Shown here one piece after another: positions 26,569 through 36,305 of a stretch of DNA of 64,000 nucleotides. The position numbers and the translations under genes were made by a program. The DNA is from an archaeon (GTDB lineage Archaea; Iainarchaeota; Iainarchaeia; Iainarchaeales; GCA-2688035): positions 108 to 64,107 of the forward strand of contig DATDTD010000064.1 of NCBI GenBank assembly GCA_035290965.1, written 5' to 3'. How positions within the stretch are numbered: position 1 is the stretch's first letter; each line of letters begins with the position of its first letter. Below the pieces are notes generated by a model, which saw only the letters and a program-made list of their open reading frames with translations, was not told where the DNA came from and made no database searches.

Positions 26569-26629
26569 CAGCCTTGGTTTCAAGCCAAAAATTAATTATA
26601 CAGGTTACTGCCTATTATTCTCGGTTCAA

Positions 26630-28180
26630 ATGCAGGAAAAGCCAAAGCAGCCTTTTGGAAAAAAATTGGATTCCTACGACAACATAGAGATTACCGAGGA
26701 ATTTCCCTTCAATTTGTACAATGTAAAAGCGCAGGAGCTTCCCCAGAACGAAAGGCTTATTGCAAATGCATTGGTTCAATTGATTTTAAGAAAATCCTCT
26801 TTCCACGACCTTGAATCTGTTCTTGGAAAAAACGCTTCGTTGGTTGAAGAAATCCGCAGTGAAATAATCCAGCCCATTGATGCAGAGGAAATGCTCCAGA
26901 AGTTTCCCAGCACAGAGGCATTGGAAAAAATAGGGAAAACCATTCTCGGGATTGCAAAAAAGATTCAGGTGAAAAACCCGGAGCTTTTCACGCAGATTGT
27001 GCTTGATGAAACCTTGGGCTTCAGGAGCCTTTCTTCCTTTATGCGCGACAATCTGCTTGAGGAAATAATGGTTAACGGTTTTGAAAAAAATGTTTTTGTT
27101 TTGCACAAAAGGTTCGGCATATGCAAAACAAACATTGTTGCCCGTAAAAATGGATTCCTGCACGAAACAATTTCAAGGATTGCCGCAACAGCAAACAGGC
27201 AGTTCAGCGAGCACAGCCCCCTGCTTGATGCACGTCTTCCTGACGGAAGCAGGGCAAATGCAACTCTGCAGTATGTGACTCCCGCAGGCCCCTCCCTTAC
27301 AATTAGAAAATTCAATCCAGTTCCCTTTTCAATAACAGATTTGCTCGCAAACAGCACTCTTTCCAGCGAAGCCGCGGCTTTTTTGTGGACAATGATTGAG
27401 GGAATGAATATTTCCCCGAAAAACATTATTATTACCGGGGGAGCGGGAAGCGGAAAAACCTCTCTCCTGAATGTCCTGAGTTTTTTTATCAGGAAGCACG
27501 AAAGAATTATTTCAATCGAGGACACAATAGAGCTTGATTTTGCGGGAAGGGAAAACTGGATTCAGATGGAATCAAGGCCTGCGCTTCACGATATTCCCTC
27601 TGTTTCAATGGATGACCTGCTGAAAAACTCTTTGAGAATGCGCCCTGACAGGCTTATTGTGGGGGAAGTGCGCGGAGAAGAAGCCCAGACACTGTTTGTT
27701 GCAATGGACACAGGGCATGAAGGAATTCTGGGAACTTTACACAGCAACACTGCAAGGGAAATGCTCCTGCGCTTAAAAAGCGCTCCAATGAATGTTCCGG
27801 AACAAATGCTCCCATTGCTTGATTTTGTAATAGTAATGCAGCGCAGGTATAACCCCGAAAAAGGAATGCAGCGCAGGATAAAGCAGATTGCCGAAGTATC
27901 CAGAATGGACGACAAGGTTTTGTTGAGCAATATTTTCGAGTTCAACGAAAAAAAGGATGCAGTGGAAAAAACAGATGTTCCGAGCCATGTCTTTGAAATG
28001 CTTGCAAACGAATGCGGAATGCAGAAAAACGATTTGAAAAAAGAAATCCTGATCCGCCAGAAAATCCTTGACTGGGCTTTTTTGGAAAAAAAGCATTCAA
28101 ACAGCGAGCTCGAGGAAATAATTCAGGGCTATTATTACAATCCCGAAAAAATCCTGAAAAAAGTAAGCGAAAGCCTCTAA
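26630..28180 (+). CDS. type IV pilus/archaellum-family secretion ATPase (GspE/FlaI/VirB11 superfamily), intein-free copy
   Basis: LLDARLPDGSRANA, Walker A ITGGAGSGKTSLLN, Asp box ERIISIEDTIELDF, Walker B RPDRLIVGEVRGEEA and His box TGHEGILGTLHSN. Confidence 0.9.
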   Translation: MQEKPKQPFGKKLDSYDNIEITEEFPFNLYNVKAQELPQNERLIANALVQLILRKSSFHDLESVLGKNASLVEEIRSEIIQPIDAEEMLQKFPSTEALEKIGKTILGIAKKIQVKNPELFTQIVLDETLGFRSLSSFMRDNLLEEIMVNGFEKNVFVLHKRFGICKTNIVARKNGFLHETISRIAATANRQFSEHSPLLDARLPDGSRANATLQYVTPAGPSLTIRKFNPVPFSITDLLANSTLSSEAAAFLWTMIEGMNISPKNIIITGGAGSGKTSLLNVLSFFIRKHERIISIEDTIELDFAGRENWIQMESRPALHDIPSVSMDDLLKNSLRMRPDRLIVGEVRGEEAQTLFVAMDTGHEGILGTLHSNTAREMLLRLKSAPMNVPEQMLPLLDFVIVMQRRYNPEKGMQRRIKQIAEVSRMDDKVLLSNIFEFNEKKDAVEKTDVPSHVFEMLANECGMQKNDLKKEILIRQKILDWAFLEKKHSNSELEEIIQGYYYNPEKILKKVSESL

Positions 28181-28716
28181 GCAGAAAATTCTATTGAAAA
28201 AAGTTTTTTGTAGTGCGGCCCCTTGGGTGTTAAGGTTGACTGCATCAAGTCAAAGCCCCGCACTTTTATTTTTTCAAAAAACTTTTTTCCCCTGAGTCTT
28301 TCAACCGCAGAATCAAACTCTTTTTTATACGCTCCCTTGTTTCTTGCAAGCGTAAGATGCGCGTGAAAATCCTCGCAGGGCATTTCCAATGCAGTGCATA
28401 ATTTTCTTGAAAGCAGGTTGAATTCCTCTGTTCCCTTTCCAGTCCCAAGCCAGAGCACTCTTCCCTTGAAGTGCCCTATGCAATTTATCTCTGCTTCAAA
28501 TGATTCAAAGCTTTCAAGCGCTGATGCCTTTTTCTGCAGCTCTGGAATTTTTTCCTCTGGAAAATAACCCAGAAAAGCAAGCGTAATGTGAAGGTTTTCC
28601 CTGCTTACTTTTCCAAATCCCTCTTTCGGAATTTCAGAAACAAGCTCATTGAAAATTTTTTCCTTTAGCTCTTCCGAAAAATTAACCGCAAAAAACAATC
28701 TTGCATTTTCAGTCAT
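28177..28716 (-). CDS. thpR: RNA 2',3'-cyclic phosphodiesterase / 2'-5' RNA ligase (2H family)
   Basis: Two HxT/S motifs: HITLAFLG and HLTLAR. Confidence 0.85.
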   Translation of the reverse strand: MTENARLFFAVNFSEELKEKIFNELVSEIPKEGFGKVSRENLHITLAFLGYFPEEKIPELQKKASALESFESFEAEINCIGHFKGRVLWLGTGKGTEEFNLLSRKLCTALEMPCEDFHAHLTLARNKGAYKKEFDSAVERLRGKKFFEKIKVRGFDLMQSTLTPKGPHYKKLFSIEFSA

Positions 28717-29306
28717 TTCAGCGCCTTTCTCAGCTCTTTTTCAAGCCGTTTTATTGTCACAAAGTTTTTTTTGATTTTTTCATTCGCCTTCCTGACTAAA
28801 AACTCGAGGAATTCCTTTTCCACAAGGATTTTTTCACTGCTTTTAACCGGCACGGAAATTCTCTGTGTTCCTTCTATTTCAAACAAAAATTTTCCGGGTT
28901 TTGCGACAATTATTCCGCCCCTTTTCACTCCCGCTCTCTTCATTGTTTCAAGAACAATGTTTGCGTTTTCAAGAGTGCCTGTTCCCAGATGCAGAATTAT
29001 AGGCTCCATTTTGAACCAGATTTCATTGGAAGTTTTTTCCTGCAGCGCGTTCCATACTTCGCTTGGCTTCACAACATTGTGCCATTTCCTGTGAAATTTT
29101 GTCCCTAACTTTTTTTCGTCCTTTGACATCTGCAGCAGGAGAATTCTTCCCGAACAGCAGCTTGAAGTGAAAAAGTTTTTTGTTTTTGCCACAAAACTGC
29201 ACAAGGGAATAAGCGCCTCGTCCGCCTTTCCTTCTTGCACGGCCTTTGCGAATGTTTCTGCATGCCTTTTTTTTGTCATCAAAAACCTTGTTTCATCAGT
29301 GTCCAT
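28713..29306 (-). CDS. taw3: tRNA wyosine-derivative methyltransferase Taw3/TYW3
   Basis: FFTSSCCSGRILL motif and a TYW3-like C-terminal half. Confidence 0.7.
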   Translation of the reverse strand: MDTDETRFLMTKKRHAETFAKAVQEGKADEALIPLCSFVAKTKNFFTSSCCSGRILLLQMSKDEKKLGTKFHRKWHNVVKPSEVWNALQEKTSNEIWFKMEPIILHLGTGTLENANIVLETMKRAGVKRGGIIVAKPGKFLFEIEGTQRISVPVKSSEKILVEKEFLEFLVRKANEKIKKNFVTIKRLEKELRKALK

Positions 29307-29322
29307 TTTTGCACCCCCGCAA

Positions 29323-29976
29323 TTACTGCAGGCTTATTCTCTCGAATTTTATTTTTTCTCCCTGCAGTTCAAGCACAATCGCGTGCATGTCCTTTACTGC
29401 GCCCGAGTTTATGCAGAGAGTTTTTCCTATTTTTTCCTCTCCGAATGCTTCGTGGCAGTGCGCGCACAAATGCAGCAATGGCCGGAATTCTTCTATTATT
29501 TTTCTCACTGCGCTTGAGCCTATGTGGACTCCCCTGCTTGCAAAATCAATTTTTGTCCCAAGGGGAGGGAGGTGAGTGCAGAGAACAATGTTTTTTTCTC
29601 CCGCGCAGAGTTTTTTCAAAGTGCTGTAAATTTTTTCTTCCGAAAAATTTGTTTCCCCCGGATTTCCAAGGATAGCGCCTCCGAAGCCAATGAAAGTAAA
29701 ACCTTCAATTTTTGCTTTTTTTGAGTGCAGCGAAATTCCGCGCTCTTCAAAAAACCCTGAAACTTCTTTCAGGTCAAGGTTTCCGGGCAGCGCAAGGATT
29801 TTTTTGTTCCCGATTATCTGCAGGATTTTTTTTATGTCTGAAATCCCCCCGTAATGCGTGTTGTCTCCGAGCAGCAGAACCAGTTCTGTGCCTTTTTGTT
29901 TTTCAAAAGCGCTTTTTGCTGTTTTTTCAAGCATTTCCATGCTTGAATGGATGTCCGCAAAGACTGCTATTTTCAT
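29323..29976 (-). CDS. calcineurin-like metallophosphoesterase (MJ0936/YfcE-like)
   Basis: MKIAVFADIHS, LLLGDN, ALPGNLD, CTHLPP and CAHCHE phosphoesterase motifs. Confidence 0.8.
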   Translation of the reverse strand: MKIAVFADIHSSMEMLEKTAKSAFEKQKGTELVLLLGDNTHYGGISDIKKILQIIGNKKILALPGNLDLKEVSGFFEERGISLHSKKAKIEGFTFIGFGGAILGNPGETNFSEEKIYSTLKKLCAGEKNIVLCTHLPPLGTKIDFASRGVHIGSSAVRKIIEEFRPLLHLCAHCHEAFGEEKIGKTLCINSGAVKDMHAIVLELQGEKIKFERISLQ

Positions 29977-30055
29977 ACACAAGCCTTTTAAATTTTATAT
30001 CTGATAAATAGTAATAATTTCATAACGCAGGTTTTTAATCATAAAGGGGTTTTTC

Positions 30056-30847
30056 TTGCTTTCAAGGTTTGCACAGATTTTCGCGCTTTTCTTTGCCATA
30101 ACTCTTTTTTTTGGATTTGCATCTGCAGCAATAAAGGTTGTCCTTCCCGTTGAGGCGCAGGTTTCAAGCGGCGAGGAAATCGATTTCGGGAATGTTGCAG
30201 TGGGGGAAACCTTCAGCGTTGTACTCCAGAAAAATTCCGGAGAGGGATTTTCCTGGGACAATGTTTCAGTCAATGTCCCGAACGGCTGGCAGGCAAATTA
30301 TTCTCTGGGGGATAAGACAATGATTGCAGAAATTTCAGTGCCGAGAAACGCTCTTGAAAGCGTCCAGGTGCTTTATTTTTCGCTTTCCTCTTCTGAAAAA
30401 TCCGCGGAAGAAAACTTCAAGGGAGTCCTGACAGTCAAAAAAAACCTTCTTACTGTTTCAATCGACAATCTCAAGCAGGATGCAGTTGTTGGAAAACCTA
30501 TTACCTATACTTTGATTGCAAGCAATGATTCGATTGCAAAGCACAGCGTACTTGTCGCTTCCTCTCTTCCAAATTACTGGTTCGAGCCATTTACAATTGC
30601 GCTTGAGCCCAAGCAGAAAAAAGAGCTAGTCCTCTCACTTACTCCGCAGGCATATGGATTGAGAAATTTTTCCTTTTTTACAAGGTCTGCGCAGAATGAC
30701 TTTTCAAGGGAATTTGTTTCAGAGCTTAGGGTTGCACCGACATTGCAGGGAAAATTCCTTGCTCCCGCATACGCATTTCCATTATTTTCCTTATCCAACT
30801 TTGCCTTTTACCTTCTGAATTCGCTTCTTTCAATGCCATTTGCATGA
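30056..30847 (+). CDS. exported protein with an N-terminal signal and a C-terminal TM anchor, beta-rich (adhesin/S-layer-like?)
   Basis: TTG start. The signal is FALFFAITLFFGFASAA and there is a C-terminal hydrophobic tail. Confidence 0.5.
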   Translation: MLSRFAQIFALFFAITLFFGFASAAIKVVLPVEAQVSSGEEIDFGNVAVGETFSVVLQKNSGEGFSWDNVSVNVPNGWQANYSLGDKTMIAEISVPRNALESVQVLYFSLSSSEKSAEENFKGVLTVKKNLLTVSIDNLKQDAVVGKPITYTLIASNDSIAKHSVLVASSLPNYWFEPFTIALEPKQKKELVLSLTPQAYGLRNFSFFTRSAQNDFSREFVSELRVAPTLQGKFLAPAYAFPLFSLSNFAFYLLNSLLSMPFA

Positions 30848-30853
30848 AGAAGT

Positions 30854-32461
30854 GTGCATGAGTGGTTTTTTTTGCCTGCTATTCTGGAAGAATACTCAAA
30901 GCAAATAATTTCCCTGATTGAAGAAGGAAAGATAACAAACAAGCGCACTCTTAACGAACACAAAATCCTTTTGTGCAAAAAACTCGGCATAAAAGACCTG
31001 CCTTCAAATCCAGACATTCTTTTTTTTGCAAAAACAAGGGAACAGAAAATCCTGCGCATTCTCGGCATAAAACCCACAAGGACTCTTTCGGGAGTTGCAG
31101 TAATTGCAGTAATGTCTCCTCCTGAAAAATGCCCGGGAAAATGCATTTACTGCCCTAGCTCTCTTCTTCCGAATCAAAAAACTCCGAAAAGTTATACTGG
31201 AAGGGAGCCCGCAACAATGCGCGCAGTAAAAAACAATTTTTCCGCAAAAAAACAGATTTTTTCAAGGCTGAAGTCTCTTGAGGAAACAGGGCACAGCACT
31301 GAAAAAATAGAGCTCATAATAATGGGGGGCACGTTTCCCGCAATGCCTTTTCAAAAGCAGAAAAAATTTGTTTTGGACTGCTTAAACTCTATTTCTGGAA
31401 AAAAAACAAGTTCTCTGGAAAAGGCAAAGCTTTTTGCGGAAAAATCAGAAAAGCGCGTAGTGGGAATTACTTTTGAAACCCGCCCTGATTTCTGCGGGAA
31501 AAAAGAAATCAAAACACTGCTTGATTTCGGGGCAACAAGAGTGGAGTTAGGGGTTCAAAGCGTTTTCGATGATGTTCTAAAAAAAATAAACCGTGGGCAT
31601 TCAGTGCAGGAAACAATTACTGCAACGCAATTGTTGAAGGATTCCGCCTTCAAAGTAACTTATCACTTTATGCCGGGCCTGCCGGGAAGTTCTTCTGCAG
31701 GGGATTTGAGTGCAGTGAAAAAGATTTTTTCACAACAGGAATTCAGGCCTGATTCCCTGAAAATCTATCCCTGCCTTGTAATTGAGGGAACAGAACTTTT
31801 CAGGATTTGGAAGCGCGGAGAGTTTGAGCCGCTTTCAACTGAAAGCGCAGTGAAGCTTGTTTCAAAAATAAAGGGGATTGTTCCGCGCTGGGTGCGGATA
31901 ATGCGCGTACAGAGAGACATTCCGCATTATCTTGTAAAGGCGGGAGTCCAGAAAACAAACCTGCGGCAGATTGTTTCAGAGGAAATGCATAGGCAAGGAA
32001 AAAAATGTTCCTGTATCCGCTGCAGGGAAGCGGGGCTTCTTTCTTTGCGCTCTGAAAAAAAGTTTGATTTGGAAAATGCAAAAATCTTTGTGGATTCCTA
32101 TTCTGCGAGCAATGGAAAGGATTTTTTTATTTCTCTTGAAGACAAGAAAAGGGAATTATTGTATGGCTTTACGCGCCTGCGCTTTCCTTCAAGTCCTTTT
32201 CTGAAGGAAATTGATTCCGAAACAGCGCTTATTCGGGAACTGCATGTTTTCGGAACTGCTCTTCCCCTTGATTCCCATGAAGATTCAGGCTTTCAGCACA
32301 GGGGAATCGGAAAAATGCTTCTGCAGAAAGCCGAAGAGATTGCCATTGAAAAATTTGATGCGAAAAAACTTACAGTGATTTCCGGCTTGGGGGCAAAGCA
32401 GTATTATTTCTCGTTGGGCTTTGAAAGGAACTGTTTTTTTGTTTCAAAAAAGCTTTTTTAA
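30854..32461 (+). CDS. elp3: Elp3-family radical SAM/GNAT tRNA U34 modification enzyme
   Basis: Radical SAM cluster CPGKCIYCP and a C-terminal GNAT with QHRGIGKMLL. GTG start. Confidence 0.9.
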   Translation: MHEWFFLPAILEEYSKQIISLIEEGKITNKRTLNEHKILLCKKLGIKDLPSNPDILFFAKTREQKILRILGIKPTRTLSGVAVIAVMSPPEKCPGKCIYCPSSLLPNQKTPKSYTGREPATMRAVKNNFSAKKQIFSRLKSLEETGHSTEKIELIIMGGTFPAMPFQKQKKFVLDCLNSISGKKTSSLEKAKLFAEKSEKRVVGITFETRPDFCGKKEIKTLLDFGATRVELGVQSVFDDVLKKINRGHSVQETITATQLLKDSAFKVTYHFMPGLPGSSSAGDLSAVKKIFSQQEFRPDSLKIYPCLVIEGTELFRIWKRGEFEPLSTESAVKLVSKIKGIVPRWVRIMRVQRDIPHYLVKAGVQKTNLRQIVSEEMHRQGKKCSCIRCREAGLLSLRSEKKFDLENAKIFVDSYSASNGKDFFISLEDKKRELLYGFTRLRFPSSPFLKEIDSETALIRELHVFGTALPLDSHEDSGFQHRGIGKMLLQKAEEIAIEKFDAKKLTVISGLGAKQYYFSLGFERNCFFVSKKLF

Positions 32462-32482
32462 CCTGCCCTGCGTTATTTATTC

Positions 32483-32791
32483 ATGGCAGAGCATGACGAA
32501 TGGCTTTTGTTCCTTGAATCCCATCCGGAACTCTGGCGGATTTCAAAATCAACTATTTTAATGAAAATCCTCGAACAGTTGTGCAAAGAATCCCTTTCCC
32601 TTGAAGCTCTTTATTTTCATTTTCCGAGCATTTCCCTGCCTGATCTTGAAGAAATCCTTGAAACCTTTATTGCAGACAGGCTTGTTGAGAAGCAGTTTGT
32701 GGCAAAAAGCATTGTTTTCCATGCAACTGAAAAATGCAGGAAATTCATGGTTGTTTACAGCAGTGCAAAAAGCTCCTTTACAGTCAAGTAA
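32483..32791 (+). CDS. small winged-helix-like protein
   Basis: 102 aa with a helix-turn-helix-wing pattern (ILMKILEQLCKESLSLEAL...LVEKQF...IVFHATEKC). No family assigned. Confidence 0.4.
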   Translation: MAEHDEWLLFLESHPELWRISKSTILMKILEQLCKESLSLEALYFHFPSISLPDLEEILETFIADRLVEKQFVAKSIVFHATEKCRKFMVVYSSAKSSFTVK

Positions 32792-32797
32792 ACTCCC

Positions 32798-33229
32798 ATG
32801 AAACGCGCTTTTCGAACCATTTATAAATTATATATACTACTAAAATTTTTATTAAATATAAAAAGGAAAGGGAGTTTTTTTTTGTCCAAATCCTTGATTG
32901 CAGTCCTCGGTGCGGGAAAAGGCACCTGGGGGCATATTAACAGGCTTATTGCAGAGGAAGAATGGAGCAAAGTGCTGCTTGTTTCCAATGAATGGGGCCA
33001 GCAGAATTTTTCCGCTGCAAAACCCGTTGAATGGGTCCTTGTCAATAACCGTTCCGGCTTTGAGGTTTTAAAGAACGCAATCCTTGAAAAGCTTCCAGAG
33101 GATGAAATCTGCGTTTCGCTTGTTTCAGGCTCTGGAAAAGAACACATGGCAATGCTTGTCGCATTAAAAGAGACAAAAAAACCCTACAAGCTCGTAATTC
33201 TCACAGGGCAGGGAACAAAATATTATTGA
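32798..33229 (+). CDS. small Rossmann-like protein (mini CARF-like pattern?)
   Basis: IAVLGAGKGTW... and ...VSLVSGSGKEHMAMLVAL resemble the N- and C-terminal loops of CARF/DUF1887-type folds. The true start may be an internal TTG near 32884. Confidence 0.4.
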   Translation: MKRAFRTIYKLYILLKFLLNIKRKGSFFLSKSLIAVLGAGKGTWGHINRLIAEEEWSKVLLVSNEWGQQNFSAAKPVEWVLVNNRSGFEVLKNAILEKLPEDEICVSLVSGSGKEHMAMLVALKETKKPYKLVILTGQGTKYY

Positions 33230-33288
33230 AGCGCGGTTTGCTTTGCTCACGTTCTAATTAAATCTTTTTTGCTCTTTTTTTTGTCTTC

Positions 33289-33648
33289 ATGTGGGAAATT
33301 CTTTTTTTTGCAATAATTGTTTTCCTGATAATCTTCATTGCCTTTCTTTTTTCAAGGTTAAGCGGCCTGCAGAAAACTCTTGCGCACACTGAATTCAGGA
33401 AGGCCAGCCAATCCGTAAAATACGGCAAGCTCACAGAGCAATGGATTCCTTTTTCGGAAAAATTTCCCTTTCCAAGGGAAAACTTCAGGTTTTTAGGAAA
33501 CCCGATTGATGGAATTGCATTCAACGAGGAAAAAATAATTTTCTGCGAATTCAAGGCAAATACATCTGCCTTGAGCGAAAAGCAGAAGAGCATAAAAAAA
33601 CTGGTTCAGGAAAAAAAGGTCGAATGGCTTGAATTAAGGGCTGAATGA
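33289..33648 (+). CDS. membrane-anchored endonuclease distantly related to archaeal Hjc (COG4741-type)
   Basis: N-terminal TM, then GKLTEQWIPF...FRFLGNPIDGIAF.....IIFCEFKAN...LSEKQKSIKKLV. This is a PD-(D/E)xK core (D...E.K). Confidence 0.6.
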   Translation: MWEILFFAIIVFLIIFIAFLFSRLSGLQKTLAHTEFRKASQSVKYGKLTEQWIPFSEKFPFPRENFRFLGNPIDGIAFNEEKIIFCEFKANTSALSEKQKSIKKLVQEKKVEWLELRAE

Positions 33649-33656
33649 TTTTCAGA

Positions 33657-35183
33657 TTATTCGTATGTTCTCTTTTTTTCCCCGCTGCAGTAATTTTCCC
33701 ACGCCGAGTTTTTCAGGTTTTCTCCCCCTTGGGTGGGATATTTTCCGTTTAAGCACGCCATGCACAAATCGTTTTTCGGCAGGCTTATTCCATTGACAAG
33801 CCCTTCAATCGGCAGGTAGGCAAGCGAATCAGCTCCAATGTGCTGTTTGATTGCTTCAAGCTCTTTTTCCGAAAGCTCTGTTTTCATTTCTTCAATGTTT
33901 TTTGTTTTCGGAGCAGTTACGAATTCCCCGAAAGTAGACATGTCAATTCCGTAAAAGCAGGGAAATCTTATCGGAGGGCAGCTTACTCTTACATGAACCT
34001 CTTTTGCCTTTCCCGTTTCCCTTATGTAATTTACAATCGCCTTTGTTGTTGTTCCGCGCACAATGCTGTCTTCAACGAGAATTACTTTTTTTCCCTTCAA
34101 AACCTTTTTGTTCACTGTGTATTTTTCCTTTGCGCGCTCAAACCTGTTTGCGCCCTCAATAAAAGTCCTGCCGACATATCTGTTTCTTATCAGGCCTTCC
34201 TGTACCGGCGCTCCCAGAGAAAAAGCCATTGCGTCTCCCGCTGGCTTTGCAGTATCCGGAACAGGCACTACAATGTGCTCTGAAGAAATTTTTTCTGTTT
34301 CAATCTTTGCAAGCTCTTCTCCCAAAGAATATCTTGCGGAATAAACATTCCTGCCCTCTATTTCAGAGGCAACGTTTGCGAAATAAACCCATTCAAACAT
34401 GCAGTGGGCTTTTCTGTTGCTTTTGCAGAACCATTTTTTTTCAATGCTTCCATTTCCGATTTCAACCATTGAGCCGGGAGCGACTGTTTCGAATTTTTCA
34501 ATGCCGATGTTTTCAAGCGCTGCGCTTTCGCTTGCCGCGGCAACAATCCCGTCTTTCTGCCCGACTACAAGCGGCTTAAACCCTAGAGAATCCCTTGCAA
34601 CAACTGTTTCTCCCTCGGCATTTATGAATGAAATGCTGTAAGCCCCGTCAAGTGCAGGGTGCAATCCTGAAAAAACATCCACGGTCCTTGTTTTTTTGTC
34701 TCCCGCGCACCCCCTTGCAAGAAAATGCATTATCAGCTCTGTGTCATTGTCAAGGATAAAATGATACTGGCGCGCTTCCATCTGTTTTTTGAGTTCTGCA
34801 AAATTTGCAATGTTTCCGTTGAAACCGAAGCTGAACCATTTCCATTTTCTTCCGTGCTTTCTTTCAAACGGCTGTGCAAAAGCCTTCTTGTTTCCCCCGA
34901 ATGTAGAATATCTCAAATGCCCTATTCCCTTGTTTCCGGAAAATCTTTTCATAATTCCCTGAAAAGCCTTTTCGTTGCTTACTCTGAAGACCTCGTTGAC
35001 AAGCCCTGTTTCTCTCAGGGTATTTAGCAGCATTTTTTTTCCTGCATTAAAAGTAGTTATTCCCGCGCTTAACTGCCCGCGATTCTGCTGCTGCAGCATT
35101 ATTTTGTACAAGTATGTAGCCGCGTTTTCCTTTTCAGGAACGCTTACTGCAGCAATTCCGCACTCTTCATGAACTTCAGCCAT
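33657..35183 (-). CDS. purF: amidophosphoribosyltransferase (glutamine PRPP amidotransferase)
   Basis: N-terminal nucleophile ...ECGIAAV, a PRPP loop ILVEDSIVRGTT, and C-terminal Cys ligands for the Fe-S cluster. Confidence 0.85.
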   Translation of the reverse strand: MAEVHEECGIAAVSVPEKENAATYLYKIMLQQQNRGQLSAGITTFNAGKKMLLNTLRETGLVNEVFRVSNEKAFQGIMKRFSGNKGIGHLRYSTFGGNKKAFAQPFERKHGRKWKWFSFGFNGNIANFAELKKQMEARQYHFILDNDTELIMHFLARGCAGDKKTRTVDVFSGLHPALDGAYSISFINAEGETVVARDSLGFKPLVVGQKDGIVAAASESAALENIGIEKFETVAPGSMVEIGNGSIEKKWFCKSNRKAHCMFEWVYFANVASEIEGRNVYSARYSLGEELAKIETEKISSEHIVVPVPDTAKPAGDAMAFSLGAPVQEGLIRNRYVGRTFIEGANRFERAKEKYTVNKKVLKGKKVILVEDSIVRGTTTKAIVNYIRETGKAKEVHVRVSCPPIRFPCFYGIDMSTFGEFVTAPKTKNIEEMKTELSEKELEAIKQHIGADSLAYLPIEGLVNGISLPKNDLCMACLNGKYPTQGGENLKNSAWENYCSGEKKRTYE

Positions 35184-35247
35184 TCTGCAAACCCGACAAA
35201 TAATAATGCAATAGTAATAAATTTTAATGATACCACAATGCTTTTTT

Positions 35248-36294
35248 TCAGTATCTGATTTTGAATTTCAGCAGTGCCGCAATTCCGCCCAGTCCCTCTA
35301 ACTTTTTTCCGGGTTCCTGTTCGGAATTCAGGATATGGATTATTCCCTTGTTTTTTTCAACTGCATCCATCAAAGGCTCTATCTGTTCCCTTTTCTCGAG
35401 CAAAAATTTGTCCAAAACAAGAAGCTCCTTCACTGCGCCTGCTTCAATTGTTTTTTTTGTTTCCTCCAAGCCGTATTCCGCAAGAGAAGTGTTTTTTCCA
35501 ATGTTTAATAACACCTCTTCAATGAGCTTTGCTTCAAGAACTATCTGCCTTTGCTTTGAAATCTTTTCAAGTACATCCGATTTCATTAATTCCTGCAGTC
35601 CCGTAATGCCTGTGGAGTTTGTTGCCGCAAACAAAAAATTTCCCCTGAAATTTTTTTCCTGAAGCCATTTTTTTAGGGAGTCTTTTTCAAATCCTGGCCC
35701 CGCAAAAACAATTGTTTCAGCAGTAATTTCCTTTGTTTTCTGCAGTATTTCTGAAAAATATTTTTTCTGCATTCCCTCTTCCTGCTCAAACCTTTTTCCG
35801 CGCGAAGCACCCTTTACAATTCCCCGCGGCTCTAATTCAAATTCTTTTAACAATCCAAAGGCGGCGCTTTCCTCGTCAAAAACAACAAGCAGGATATTAG
35901 TGGTTTTAGAGGCTTTTTTTGCATTTTCCAGCCTTTCAACCTGGTAATTTTTCAGTTCTTTTTTTTTGATTGTAATGGGTTCATTGAGCTCTATTTCAAT
36001 TGCCTGGTGTGATTTTAATTCTACAAGCTCTTCGGGCTTTCCCTCTATGATTATTCCCTGAACCCTGAGCTTTCCGGAAAATTTGTGAAAATCTGTTTTT
36101 TCCACTTCAAGCGAAACAAAAATCTTCACGCGCTCTGATTTCTGCTCAATGTCCTTTGCCTTAATCCGCCTGTCAGTGCTCCCGCTCACAAGGTCTCCTG
36201 CTTCAATTATTTTTTCCAGATGCCACAGGTCATCCATGCTTTCAGGAACAACCTTTACAAGGGCATTTTTTTTGTCAAGCGAAAGAATGCGCAT
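35248..36294 (-). CDS. pelA: Pelota (mRNA surveillance/ribosome rescue)
   Basis: MRILSLDKKNALVKVVPESMDDLWHLEKII, with eRF1-like central and C-terminal domains. Confidence 0.9.
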   Translation of the reverse strand: MRILSLDKKNALVKVVPESMDDLWHLEKIIEAGDLVSGSTDRRIKAKDIEQKSERVKIFVSLEVEKTDFHKFSGKLRVQGIIIEGKPEELVELKSHQAIEIELNEPITIKKKELKNYQVERLENAKKASKTTNILLVVFDEESAAFGLLKEFELEPRGIVKGASRGKRFEQEEGMQKKYFSEILQKTKEITAETIVFAGPGFEKDSLKKWLQEKNFRGNFLFAATNSTGITGLQELMKSDVLEKISKQRQIVLEAKLIEEVLLNIGKNTSLAEYGLEETKKTIEAGAVKELLVLDKFLLEKREQIEPLMDAVEKNKGIIHILNSEQEPGKKLEGLGGIAALLKFKIRY

Positions 36295-36305
36295 GATTAT
36301 CACAT

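Noticed and set aside
29323-29976. Metallophosphoesterase considered as the missing Mre11
   Set aside because: It is only 217 aa, has MJ0936/YfcE-like architecture without the Mre11 capping/DNA-binding region, and is not linked to rad50 or herA.
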